A stretch of DNA of 64,000 nucleotides from Eledone cirrhosa (GCA_964016885.1 OZ024753.1:32178001-32242000); one strand, 5' to 3'. Numbered from the stretch's first letter, positions 16,043-28,232 are shown. Translations and numbers: made by a program. Notes: generated by a model from the letters alone, not told the origin.

Positions 16043-16178
16043 GTATATGTATATATATGTATGTTTATGTGTGTATGTGTATATGTATATATATATATGT
16101 GTGTATATGTATATATATATATGTATGTGTGTATATATATGTACATGTGTGTGTATATATATATGTATTTGTATACAT

Positions 16179-16590
16179 CGGGGAGAGATGACGCCTTAGC
16201 CTTTGTCAAGGCAGAATTCTAGGAGAAGGAAAACTCTGATATAACACCTGCAACTCTGATGGTATCCAATGATGTTGACTTGTTCTTCTTTTTGGTAAAT
16301 ATCATCTTGGTTAAGAGAGTGGGACTGGCTTTATGCAGTGCCTTTACTCACTATAAAAGCTTCACGGCACAGGCATTGCTTTATATCTGGAGATCTCTCT
16401 GCACTTGTCGTCACATGGTGCCATGGGCCCATCACTATGTGTCAATAATTGTCACAAGTTTAGTGTTTGTACCAGAGTTTTCAAGTCGCTGGCTGGACTA
16501 AAAAGTCACACTCGTTCAGCGCATCGGTAGGGGTTCTCCTACATGGATATAAAGTAGTGGCCATACTCAAAAACGAGTTGGCAGCCACCA
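16179..16590 (+). mobile_element. Non-autonomous RTE-derived bipartite element, copy 3 (5' truncated)
   Basis: Matches the 3' two-thirds of copy 2; ends GGCAGCCACCA(TA)n. Confidence 0.8.
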
Positions 16591-16883
16591 TATATATATA
16601 TATACAAACACACATACACTCCGGTATATATCAACATTTGGTAATATCAAGTAATATTTTGTATCCATATTGAAATGGAACAGTTGATTTAAATAAATGA
16701 AAGATTGAGAGGTGGGCCCTATTCCTCACTGAACTAGGGTTTGCATTCATCCGGGGTTACATCTTATTCACCTTAAACACTTGAATAATTCATATAATCA
16801 TATAATATTTTTCCCCTTATCCCCTTTTAATTTGAACATTGTAACAGTATATCGAGAAATATCATAGACAGGAGGAATTTAAT

Positions 16884-17150
16884 ATTATCATCATCATCAT
16901 CTTCAACAACATCAGCTTCAACAATATCATCATCATCATCTTCAACATCATCCTCCTGATCATCATTATTGTCGTCATCATCAATACCACCAGCACTGCC
17001 ACCATCACCATCACCATCATCATTATCATCATTATCATCGTCTTCAACAACATCCTTCTCATCATCATTATCGTCATCATTAATACCACCACAAATGCCA
17101 CCCCATCATCATCATACTCGTTATCATCATCATCATCATCATCATCATCA
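16884..17150. repeat. Degenerate (CAT)n trinucleotide microsatellite
   Basis: Direct reading. Confidence 0.9.
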
Positions 17151-17764
17151 GCAACCAGCAGATATCAGCAATGGAAAGACCAATAGAAATATATTTTTGC
17201 TCGTCCAATCTGATGATTGAATTTTTTTTTATAATCTTTCCTTCCTCTATTTATTCATTAACAAGTTCTAATTTTTTTAGTGATTTGTAACATAAAAACT
17301 TTAATAGGCAACCCCTAAAATACTATATTTCAAGAATTATGATTTGTAATTTTAATACTATGAAATACATGAATGTCTTGTATGTATTAAAATGTAACAC
17401 TTTGTTTAATTGTAAATGTACAATAGCGGCATACAGCATTTCCTGGCCATTTTAGACTTGGCAGATTTCACCCCTCTCCAGGTTGTAATACAGCTTATTT
17501 CTTCCAGAGAAGGTGAGAGAGAAGAAGTTAGAAGATATATAGAGGATAAATTGAATCCAGTACTGGCCTAGTACATTTTTTATCAACCTCGAAAGAATGA
17601 AAGGCACAGTTGACCTTGGCAGGATTTGAACTCAGAGCTCAGAGAGCTGGACAGAATGCAGTAAAACATTCTATCCAATATTCTAATGACTCCGTCAATT
17701 TGTTGCCCATTGCATTTATGATCCCATGACTGTCTTACCTAATAAGGGTTTCTCAATTATATAT

Positions 17765-17951
17765 AATTGTTTCTACTTTAGGCACAAGGCCAGCAATTAT
17801 CCAGTGCATTACTGGTACTTTATTTTATCGACCTCGTAAGGATGAAAGGCAAAGTCAACCTCGGCGGGATTTGAACTCAGATCGTAAAGGGATGTAACTA
17901 TGCTGGAAAGCATGGTGTCCGACCCTCTACTGATACTGCCAATCCACCGGC
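17765..17951 (-). mobile_element. tRNA-derived SINE, family A
   Basis: Full motif set; TSD TCAATTATATATAAT. A more diverged copy lies at ~17545-17710. Confidence 0.87.
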
Positions 17952-18710
17952 CTATCAATTATATATAATAAATACTAGCTATTACGCATGTTAACCAGTC
18001 CTTTATATGTAAGAGTCCCTATGAAGTCATACAATCTGCTAAAAATAGATACCAAGTATCTTGCTAATCACGCAAATATATTTGCTTTATCAGGCAAATC
18101 CAAGGCTGAGCAATAAGAACAACACCAGACTTTAAAACCAGCATGGAAGCATGTATACAGTATCTTGACTAGCAGCCAAATTTTCTCAAATTATATCAAA
18201 CCAACTTAAATGTTTGAATGATAAACTGGATGTTCAACAGTTAAAAGTTTGAAGAAAAAAATAGAAAAGGTGAGATGGGCATAGTTGTAACTGCTATCTT
18301 TCTGCAAATGCATGATCAAGGCTGAACAGATTGTTATATGTCAATAATGATGGTATTTCAAATGTTAATAGCTTCATAAAAATACACTAAACATGACTTT
18401 CTAAAAATTGCATCCAAATCTCCCTCAAATCACAATCTTAAAAATATATGTAGCCTGTCGTGTTAGATAATGTATACATAAAAAAAAAAGAAAAAACAAC
18501 AACAAAAACAAAAAAAATGACAGGAAGGTCATGGATGGAACACTTTTGTTTTTAAGTGTTTTGGGAAATTGTTGACCTAAGTACAACAGAAACAACAAAA
18601 ACACCATCACCAATAACAACAACAAAAGCAATGCTAGTAGTAGCAAGATAAGAACAGCACTACAAACACTAAATGCATGAACAAACCACTTAAAAACATA
18701 CAATAAGTGT

Positions 18711-19157
18711 TTTAACCTTTCTAGCATTTAATCCGGCCATATCCGGCCATAATTCTCTCACCTCTTCCTGTCCAAACTGACCGTAACTAGCTACTCATAA
18801 GTATGTTAAGGTATTGTTCTCAAAATAAATAATTGTTTCTATTTTAGGCACAAGGCCAGCAATTACCCAGTACATTACTGGTACTTTATTTTATCGACCC
18901 CGTAAGGATGAAAGGCAAAGTTAACTTCGGCGGGATTTGAACTCAGATCATAAAGGGACGTAACTCTACGCTTCAAAGCATGGTGTCCGACTCTCTACCA
19001 ATACTGCCAATCCACCGCCCTCAATCCACCGCTCTCAAAATAAATAATATCAAAATCTCGTAGATTCGATATCATGTGAGATAATTATGTGAGATAAAGT
19101 GTTTACTGTGAAAATACAATAGTAAATATAAAGTAATGTAAATGCTAAAGGGATAAG
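18711..19157. mobile_element. piggyBac-like MITE interrupted by a SINE
   Basis: TTAACCTTTCTAGCATTTA ... TAAATGCTAAAGGGATAA imperfect TIRs with TTAA-like ends. Confidence 0.55.
18831..19032 (-). mobile_element. tRNA-derived SINE, family A
   Basis: Full motif set; 16-bp TSD TCTCAAAATAAATAAT (18818-18833 / 19033-19048). Confidence 0.88.
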
Positions 19158-19424
19158 GTAATTTTTTCCGAAAAAAGCATGGTACTGATTTTCAGATTCA
19201 CGATAGACTTAATAAACATCATGAGACAATGCTTTACAACCACATATTCTTCCTAGTACCAAACGTTTTAGTCGCCTCTTAGGGCACACAAAGATATAGT
19301 GAAACTATTCTGAATCTCATACACACATTGACATCTAAGCAAAATAGAAATATTAGTATTCCCATACATCTAATTGTTAAATTAAATAAAAAGGAAAGTT
19401 GATAAAATATGAGCAAATGCTTAC

Positions 19425-19509
19425 CTATAAATAAAGAATGCCGAGAGCAGGACGATGATTAGGAGAATGCCCAACACAATTACAACGATACCGTATTCTG
19501 GAAACGGTT
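19425..19509 (-). CDS. Receptor guanylyl cyclase / natriuretic peptide receptor-like, transmembrane exon (85 bp)
   Basis: ttgtag|...|gtaagc boundaries; encodes (K)PFPEYGIVVIVLGILLIIVLLSAFFIY(R). Its phase-1 start matches the phase-1 end of the 29502-29640 exon, and it ends in FFIYR as NPR-family TM segments do. Confidence 0.88.
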
Positions 19510-19756
19510 CTACAAAGATAGAAATGATCATAAATACAGTTAATTGAATATATATTGAATAAGTTTGATTAAGAAGAAACATTAATATTATATTGTGTCA
19601 TATATGACAGTTAACAGTGCTACCTTCTATGATTATAATGGATATATATCAATGTATGCACACACAAAAGTAGATGAAGTAGTCAGTACAAACATATACA
19701 CAGGAGAGGTGACAACCATATTGAATGGGTTCAACAGCACCATTTATTTGAGCAAA

Positions 19757-19814
<58 letters not shown>

Positions 19815-19818
<4 letters not shown>

Positions 19819-20018
19819 AACGAGTAGCACCCCGACGGCTGAGCTCAAGCCGTTTCGACGGCTAATTCTGGACTAAATTTAGTCCAGAATTACCCATTGA
19901 AACGGCTTGAGTTCAGCCATCGGGGTCCTACACGTTCCTATTACCCACTCTACTACCCTAAGTATTAAGTACTTTGGTGCGTTATGGTCCATCGGGTTCC
20001 TTACCACATTTCCTTTGT

Positions 20019-20020
<2 letters not shown>
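19815..20020 (+). mobile_element. Fold-back PLE-type terminal remnant, family B
   Basis: 126-bp imperfect palindrome (19815-19940) containing GAAAC-GGC..GCC-GUC (hammerhead stem III), plus a unique ~80-bp tail; embedded in (TA)n. Confidence 0.7.
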
Positions 20021-20050
<30 letters not shown>

Positions 20051-21154
20051 CGCAGTTATGCATATATATAAATATGGTCACTAAAATAAATTTGGTGACT
20101 TCTGTAATCTATATATTATTTACTCCCATTCATAGATTGAATTTGCCTCCTGTACAAGGTTTGAACTTTTCTATAATTTTTTTATATATTAATCATATAT
20201 TAAATGTTGATTGTTCGATTATATATTGCAAATCAGCCCTTGTATTTCTCTCTATATATATGTTTGAATATGTTTGAAAATTAATTCTAGTTGTTTGAAT
20301 TCTACCACTCATTCATTGTATCCTTTTTACAACTGTCATTCACAATTTTGGAGGTCCTGCACTAGCATGACAATGAACTGCTAGAATCGGGAAGCTAGCA
20401 GATTCATAAATCTAGTACACCCTATAGACTGGTACTGATGAGTTGTAATTAGCCAGGATTTTGTAACATTTACCAATCTTATGTAATCCTTTGCATATAA
20501 CACATCCAATAACTGTTATAGGTTGAAAATTACAATGGAAGAGAATTCTGTCCAGGAGGTTGATCAGTGTAATTATTGCCTGAAAACTGCCATAAAACTC
20601 ACTCACTAATTAATTATGCCCACTCTGTAATGCAATGTGCAGCCATAAACTGCACACTTGTTATATCATCAAGAGTTTGAGCTATGGCCAGAGGTCAATA
20701 AAATAAATTTGGTAACTTCCGTAATCTCTCTCTATGCATGTATGCATACATCAGCCAGAGAGAGATAAATAAATATATATTGGATGACTGACTTGCATGA
20801 TAATGATAATATATTAAGCTTATTCATATTTTAATATATATGACTTGAATGGATACCCCCCATTCATAATTCAATTCTATATATATATATTTATTACAAT
20901 AACAGATTCAAGTTTAAGCAAAGAGACGCTGCTTTCACCCTTAATGGGATCTTCTAGTGCACTCATTAAGTATGTCAGCAACATGTATTATACATGTTTT
21001 AAACACCACTATCAGGATAAAATTTCTTTCATCAAAAAATACGGCGAAATCTTCTTTTTCTTATTTCAAAGTCGCTCGCTGTTTCAGAACAAACTTACTT
21101 GATATATATCATCATCATCGTTTAACATCTATCTTCCGTGCTAGCATGGATTTA

Positions 21155-21157
<3 letters not shown>

Positions 21158-21220
<63 letters not shown>

Positions 21221-21345
21221 ATATATATATTTATTTATATGTATATATATATTTATATATTTATTTATATGTATATATATATTTATATATTTATTTATAT
21301 GTATATATATATTTATATATATATATATTTATATATATATATATT

Positions 21346-21378
<33 letters not shown>

Positions 21379-21525
21379 ATAGATATATATTTATATATAT
21401 ATATATAGATATATATTTAGATATATATATATAGATATATATTTATATATATATATATAGATATATATTTATATATATATATATATTTATTTATATATAT
21501 ATATATATTTATTTATATATATATT

Positions 21526-21559
<34 letters not shown>

Positions 21560-21941
21560 TATATATATATATATATATTTATATATATTCTTTGCTTAAA
21601 CTTTAATCTGTTATTTTAATAAATATTTGCTCTACGGTTCTTATATATTTGATATATATTTTCCTTATCGAGCCCTCTTTGGATTTTAGTCTTCAATTTT
21701 ATTATTATTACTATATTTATTTATATATATATATATATTTATGTATATATATATATTTATTTATGTATATATATATATTTATTTATATAAATATATTTAT
21801 TTATATATATATATATATATTTATTTATATATATATATATATTTATTTATATATATATATTTATATATATATATGTATTTATATATATATTTATATATAT
21901 ATATTTATTTATATATATATTTATATATATATATATTTATT

Positions 21942-21990
<49 letters not shown>

Positions 21991-21997
21991 ATTTATT
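21158..21997. repeat. (TA)n/(TTTA) compound microsatellite containing an isolated PLE tail at ~21586-21712
   Basis: 21586-21712 is clearly homologous to 29206-29331. Confidence 0.9.
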
Positions 21998-22155
21998 TAT
22001 TGTTATACTTTGGGAGGGTCATGTTGCCAATAAGAAACACACGCACCAGTTGCTTTCACTTCAATTTAATTTATTAAATATTTATAAATTTACAAATTTA
22101 TAAATTTCTGGTTGGTTGGTTGGTTCCACAACCAGATAGTTGTTTATATATATAT

Positions 22156-22200
22156 AGTCATAGTTCTTTCGTCACACACTCTGTGACCTCTTCAGTGACT
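22156..22200 (-). ncRNA. Minimal type I hammerhead ribozyme (mirror copy)
   Basis: Reverse complement of 24394-24438. Confidence 0.75.
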
Positions 22201-23035
22201 GGGGATTTCTTTCTTCGTTTCTGTGCCTTTCCTTTCTTCTATCCTACGCCATTTTGTTTGTGTGTGGGTTGCGTGCTCAGTTTGCGCATGCGCCACATCC
22301 GGGTGTGTGTTTGTGTTCATTTTTCTATTTATCTATTTATATTTTTCTATTTGTTTGTTTATTTATTTATTTATTGTTGGTTGGTTGTTTGTTCTATGTG
22401 TGTGTGTGTTTTCATTTTGTCTTGTGTGTGTTTTCATTTTGTGTGTGTTTTCAATTGTAAGTTGTTTGTTCTATGTGTGTGTGTGTTTTCATTTTGTCCT
22501 TAATTGTAAGTTGTGATGTTGCTGTTCCACTCATATTTTCTATTTAATTTTGGTTTTAATTCTTTTATGCTTACTGCCTCTGTAATTTGCCTAAACATTG
22601 CGTCTTTCTTGTGTGTGGATTCTATTTTTATTTCTATGCTCTCTAATTTACCCCTGTGTTCTATCTTAGCATGTTGGTAGAGCACAGATGATTCTTTACT
22701 ATCTTGGAGGTCTCGCCAGTGTTCATTTATTCGTTCCCCTATACTACGAGCTGTCTCACCTATGTACACTACATTTTTGTTTCTACATTGTCCTTCAGTA
22801 CATCTTATGCTATATACCACATTTCTAGTTTTACAGTTAATATGGGGGCTTATTTTACAGGTTATACATTTCTTATCTATACATGAGGGTCTTTGGAACG
22901 GGTATGTCTTGCTAATAAGTGTTTTTACGGAGGTACCAGGTCTTTCTACTATCTTAATATTGAGATTATGTTTCTTTAGGGCCCTTCTAAAGTTTCTTTA
23001 GGGCCCTTCTAAGTCAGGAACTAGAGAAAAACACA

Positions 23036-24094
23036 ATGGAAAACATTCAGCAAATAGCAAACTCCATCCACCAGAGCATTAGAGTTACTATAGACTACCC
23101 AAGTAGACACCCCAACCATCGATTACCTGTACTAGACACAGAGCTCTGGTTAGATACTATTAACAACCAAAAACAAATCCTCCATTCCCATTATGCCAAA
23201 CCCATGACTTCCAAACATCTGATCCACCGAAACTCGGCCATTTCGGACCATACCAAAATCAACATACTGATTGCGGATTTGGTACGGGTGATGAGAAATG
23301 TGTCCCGCATGTGCAACCCCGAAGAACTAGAGAGACACATACAACACTTCATCCACCGTATGCAGTTCTCTGGCTACAATCAGAGAGATAGAATCAGAGT
23401 GTATAAAGGAGCCAGAACCAAATGGGAAAAAATGGTAAATAATGACATAAATGGGACCTGCCCCTTGTATAGGAGCAAATTTTGGAATAGAATAGAAAGA
23501 ACTAAGAACAAGGCCAATAGAATAAACTCATGGTATGATAGCAATAAATACCAGAGTGTAATGTTCATCAATACAACCCCTAGAGGCGAACTAGCCTACA
23601 AATTTAGAAGGGCCCTAAAGAAACATAATCTCAATATTAAGATAGTAGAAAGACCTGGTACCTCCGTAAAAACACTTATTAGCAAGACATACCCGTTCCA
23701 AAGACCCTCATGTATAGATAAGAAATGTATAACCTGTAAAATAAGCCCCCATATTAACTGTAAAACTAGAAATGTGGTATATAGCATAAGATGTACTGAA
23801 GGACAATGTAGAAACAAAAATGTAGTGTACATAGGTGAGACAGCTCGTAGTATAGGGGAACGAATAAATGAACACTGGCGAGACCTCCAAGATAGTAAAG
23901 AATCATCTGTGCTCTACCAACATGCTAAGATAGAACACAGGGGTAAATTAGAGAGCATAGAAATAAAAATAGAATCCACACACAAGAAAGACGCAATGTT
24001 TAGGCAAATTACAGAGGCAGTAAGCATAAAAGAATTAAAACCAAAATTAAATAGAAAATATGAGTGGAACAGCAACATCACAACTTACAATTAA
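23036..24094 (+). CDS. PLE ORF fragment: RT C-terminal/thumb region plus GIY-YIG endonuclease
   Basis: Open 352-aa frame with DYPSRH..LPVLD, YAKPM, CxxxxCxxC, NVVYSIRC...VYIGETARSIGERINEH, RQITEAV..LN. The RT catalytic core is missing (5' truncation). Confidence 0.88.
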   Translation: MENIQQIANSIHQSIRVTIDYPSRHPNHRLPVLDTELWLDTINNQKQILHSHYAKPMTSKHLIHRNSAISDHTKINILIADLVRVMRNVSRMCNPEELERHIQHFIHRMQFSGYNQRDRIRVYKGARTKWEKMVNNDINGTCPLYRSKFWNRIERTKNKANRINSWYDSNKYQSVMFINTTPRGELAYKFRRALKKHNLNIKIVERPGTSVKTLISKTYPFQRPSCIDKKCITCKISPHINCKTRNVVYSIRCTEGQCRNKNVVYIGETARSIGERINEHWRDLQDSKESSVLYQHAKIEHRGKLESIEIKIESTHKKDAMFRQITEAVSIKELKPKLNRKYEWNSNITTYN

Positions 24095-24393
24095 GGACAA
24101 AATGAAAACACACACACACATAGAACAAACAACTTACAATTGAAAACACACACAAAATGAAAACACACACAAGACAAAATGAAAACACACACACACATAG
24201 AACAAACAACCAACCAACAATAAATAAATAAATAAACAAACAAATAGAAAAATATAAATAGATAAATAGAAAAATGAACACAAACACACACCCGGATGTG
24301 GCGCATGCGCAAACTGAGCACGCAACCCACACACAAACAAAATGGCGTAGGATAGAAGAAAGGAAAGGCACAGAAACGAAGAAAGAAATCCCC

Positions 24394-24438
24394 AGTCACT
24401 GAAGAGGTCACAGAGTGTGTGACGAAAGAACTATGACT
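24394..24438 (+). ncRNA. Minimal type I hammerhead ribozyme
   Basis: AGUCA-CUGAAGA-G-GUCACA(gagug)UGUGAC-GAAA-GAAC-UA-UGACU: 5-bp stem I, 6-bp stem II, minimal stem III. Confidence 0.75.
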
Positions 24439-24925
24439 ATATATGACTATATATATATAAACAACTATCTGGTTGTGGAACCAACCAACCAACCAGAAAT
24501 TTATAAATTTGTAAATTTATAAATATTTAATAAATTAAATTGAAGTGAAAGCAACTGGTGCGTGTGTTTCTTATTGGCAACATGACCCTCCCAAAGTATA
24601 ACAATATCGGTTTCAACACACGATTTCAGATAAAGAATCTTGCTAAACAAATTCAGAAACGAAATATATTTATTTAGATATATATATATTTATTTATATA
24701 TATATATTTATATATATATATATATTTAATATATATATTTAATATATATATATATTTAATATATATATATTTATATATATTTATATATATATATATATAT
24801 TTAATATATATATATATATTTAATATATATATATTTATATATATTTATATATATATATATTTAATATATATATATTTAATATATATGTATTTATATATTT
24901 ATATATATATTTATATAGATATATA

Positions 24926-24972
<47 letters not shown>

Positions 24973-25415
24973 TTATATAGGGCATCCAGCTGTAGAAATC
25001 AAGCCAGAATCAGTTCCCGTCCCACCCTTGCAAGCAGGGAAAAAGCGGAGATAAAATGGAATGATGATGATGGAATGATATATATATTTATATATAAATG
25101 AAAGTATAGAAATTATTGTGAGCATGAAGCCAACAGTATTTCATAATATATAAGTGACTATAACATCAAAATGGAAAGATTATTAACGTAAGATGTGGGA
25201 AAATAATTCAAACTTAATTAAAAAAAAATCAAGACATAGATTTAACCACAGATTTTCTGAAATCCAGGGAAAAATCAATAGAGCCTTAACTCTGAATAAA
25301 ATAAAGTTTAAATACTCATCCTTCAATTTGGAAAAACTACAAATGCTCTATATAGTCTCAAAAAGAGTATGACTTTTTCAATTTTCAACGGAAACTTCAA
25401 TACTTATATATATCT

Positions 25416-27476
25416 TCATCATCATCATCATCATCAACGTTTAACATCCGTGTTCCACGCTTGCATGGGTTTGGACGGGGGTAGTCCCACTTGAGGCAAG
25501 AGTGATTGTCTTGCTCGCATAGGACTGTCTGGCAGGTTTTCTACAGTTGGATGCCCTTCCTAACACCAACCACATTTACAGTGTGGGTCTGGGAGGTTTT
25601 TACCGTGTTGCCTACACGGCCACATTACAGCGTGGACTGTGTGTTTTTTTGTCGTGACACCTACACGATCTCATTTGTTTCGGCCTATGGCGCGGCACCA
25701 ACATAAGTTTACATAGAACGGGGTGGTGTGGATGGGGTGGGGTGGGGGTGGTGGGACGGGGTGTATTTTGTTAGAGATGCCTACTGGTTGGAGTAGGTTT
25801 TACTATATATTTAGGTAAGGCGGGTCTTCTCTGTTACTGAGTACCGCCAAAGGTCTCGGTCCAGTGACATTGTCTTGGAGAGGTGTAAGTGTGTGATGTC
25901 GGAGTTTATCAGCTCGTCCCAGGTTTTTCTAGGTCTGCCTATTCCGTGACTACCGTCTATCTTTATTGCCCTGCACTTTGTTATACAGCTATCGACTTTC
26001 ATGCGCATCACGTGTCCATACCAACGTAGCCTTCTCTCGAGTAAACAACATCTGATCCCTCTTATCTCTAATTTTTTCCTTAGTTCGTTTATGCTTTGCC
26101 GTTCACGTATATTACTGTTACACATCCAGCGGAGCATGCAAGCTTCGTTCCTCTCTAGTCTGCTGCCATGCAGCATTGCTGTTCGTATGCAGGCATCGTA
26201 CAACCTGCCTTTCATTTTTAGGGAGAACCCTTTAGCAGCTAATAGTGGTATAAGCTCTCTGAACTTTTTCCAACCAGTTCTGACTCTAGCTACAGTACTT
26301 TCAGAGCACCCTCCCCCACTGCTGATTTTATCGCCCAGGTAACGGAAGCTGTCCACTATTTCTATAGAACCCTCTGCGCAATTGAAAGAGCTAGTATTTT
26401 GTGGGCACTTGCTGCTACTTATTGCACCAGAACACCGGCCACATGTAAAATCTATGTTCTTAGTTAGCTTACCTGTGATCCCACTACATCTTTTATGCAC
26501 CCATACTTTGCATTTAGGACATAAAATGGAGTTTCTACCTACGCCTTTCCTACACACCGAGCACGACCATTTCCCAGAAGGGACCACCGCCTTGTTTTCT
26601 TTCCTACAAACTAGAACTTTGGTCTTAGCCAGGTTAATTTTAAGTCCTTTTGACTCTAGGCCGTGCTTCCATGTTTGGAATTTCTTCTCTAGCTCGGCCA
26701 TTGATTCCGCTATGAGTGTCAGGTCGTCTGCGTATAGGAGTTCCCATGGGCAGCCTGTCTTGAACTCCTCTGTTATGACCTGAAGGTCAACAATAAATAG
26801 TAGGGGGCTGAGAACAGAGCCCTGATGGACGCCAACTTTTACGCTAAACTCTTCACTATATTCGTTGTTAATTCTAACCTTGCTGACTGTTTCTTTATAC
26901 ATGGCTTGTATAGCCCTCACAAGCCATTCGTCAATGCCTAGTTTTCTAAGAGCCCACCAGATAATGGAGCGGGGGACTCTGTCGAAGGCTTTCTCCAAGT
27001 CGACAAAAGCTAAGTAGAGGGGTTTACCTTTAGCTAGGTACTTCTCCTGTAGTTGTCGTACTATGAAAAGAGCGTCTGTGGTACTTTTGCCTGACACAAA
27101 CCCGAACTGCATTTCATCTAGGTCGATTCTCTCTCTGATTAGTTGCGCTATTACTTTTTCCGTGACCTTCATGACCTGGTCGATTAATTTAATGCCTCTA
27201 TAGTTACTCCTATCTAGGGCGTCTCCTTTACCCTTATAACAGTTAACGATGATGCTACTATGCCAGTCCTTCGGAACAACCCCATTCTGTACGACTTGGT
27301 TAACTATGCGGGTGACCATGGTGTGTCCCAGATGCCTTCAGCATCTCAGCAACTATTTCCGAAGGCCCAGCCGCCTTACCCGTCTTCATATCCTTGATTG
27401 CCTTACTTATTATACTCCCCTCGACTAACACTGCTGGTCCCTCTATTGGGTCGATATGGGGGAGACTGTCTTTCTC
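25416..27476 (-). mobile_element. RTE-clade LINE, 5'-truncated, with 3' UTR and (GAT)n tail
   Basis: RT ORF; upstream frameshifted MKTGKAAGPSEIVAEMLKA; 3' end GCGTGGAACACGGATGTTAAACG(TTG)ATGATG. Confidence 0.92.
25811..27319 (-). CDS. RTE LINE reverse transcriptase ORF fragment with PHD-type zinc finger
   Basis: YKGKGD..NYRGIKL, QFGF..GKSTTDA, FVDLEKAFDRV, GVHQGSVLSPLLF, LLYADDL, RRLRWYGHV, GRPRKTW. Confidence 0.92.
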   Translation of the reverse strand: MVTRIVNQVVQNGVVPKDWHSSIIVNCYKGKGDALDRSNYRGIKLIDQVMKVTEKVIAQLIRERIDLDEMQFGFVSGKSTTDALFIVRQLQEKYLAKGKPLYLAFVDLEKAFDRVPRSIIWWALRKLGIDEWLVRAIQAMYKETVSKVRINNEYSEEFSVKVGVHQGSVLSPLLFIVDLQVITEEFKTGCPWELLYADDLTLIAESMAELEKKFQTWKHGLESKGLKINLAKTKVLVCRKENKAVVPSGKWSCSVCRKGVGRNSILCPKCKVWVHKRCSGITGKLTKNIDFTCGRCSGAISSSKCPQNTSSFNCAEGSIEIVDSFRYLGDKISSGGGCSESTVARVRTGWKKFRELIPLLAAKGFSLKMKGRLYDACIRTAMLHGSRLERNEACMLRWMCNSNIRERQSINELRKKLEIRGIRCCLLERRLRWYGHVMRMKVDSCITKCRAIKIDGSHGIGRPRKTWDELINSDITHLHLSKTMSLDRDLWRYSVTEKTRLT

Positions 27477-27477
27477 A

Positions 27478-27527
27478 ATATATATATATATATATATATA
27501 TAAGTATTGAAGTTTCCGTTGAAAATT

Positions 27528-27560
<33 letters not shown>

Positions 27561-28232
27561 ATTTATTTATATATATATATTTATTTATATATATATATAT
27601 ATATTTATTTATATATATAATTATTTATATATATATATATTTATTTATATATATATTTATATATATATATTTTTGTATATATATATATATTTATATATAT
27701 ATTTATATATATATATTTATTTATATATATTTATTTATATATATATATTTTTATTTATATATATATATTTATTTATTTATATATACATATATTTATTTAT
27801 ATATATATATATATATTTATTTATATACATATATATTTATTTATATACATATATATTTATTTATATGTATACATATTTATTTATATATATATATATTTAT
27901 TTATATATATATATATTTATTTATATACATATATATTTATATACATATATATTTATTTATATATATACATATTTATTTATATACATATATATTTATTTAT
28001 ATATATACATATTTATTTATATACATATATATTTATTTATATATATACATATTTATTTATATACATATATATTTATTTATATACATATATATTTATATAT
28101 ATATATATATATATATTTATTTATATATATATATATTTATTTATATATATATATTTATTTATATATATATATATATATATTTATTTATATATATATATTT
28201 ATTTATATATATATATATATATTTATTTATAT

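Larger units (their letters stand above)
21998..24665 (+). mobile_element. Young Penelope-like retroelement (tentatively Nematis-type), 5'-truncated with inverted partial copy
   Basis: 21998-22991 is the near-perfect reverse complement of 23603-24606. Only the right copy has a ~60-bp tail (24607-24665). HHR in both arms; flanked by (TA)n. Confidence 0.92.

Noticed and set aside
16862-17220. His/Ser/Met-rich ORFs
   Set aside because: (CAT)n microsatellite translation.
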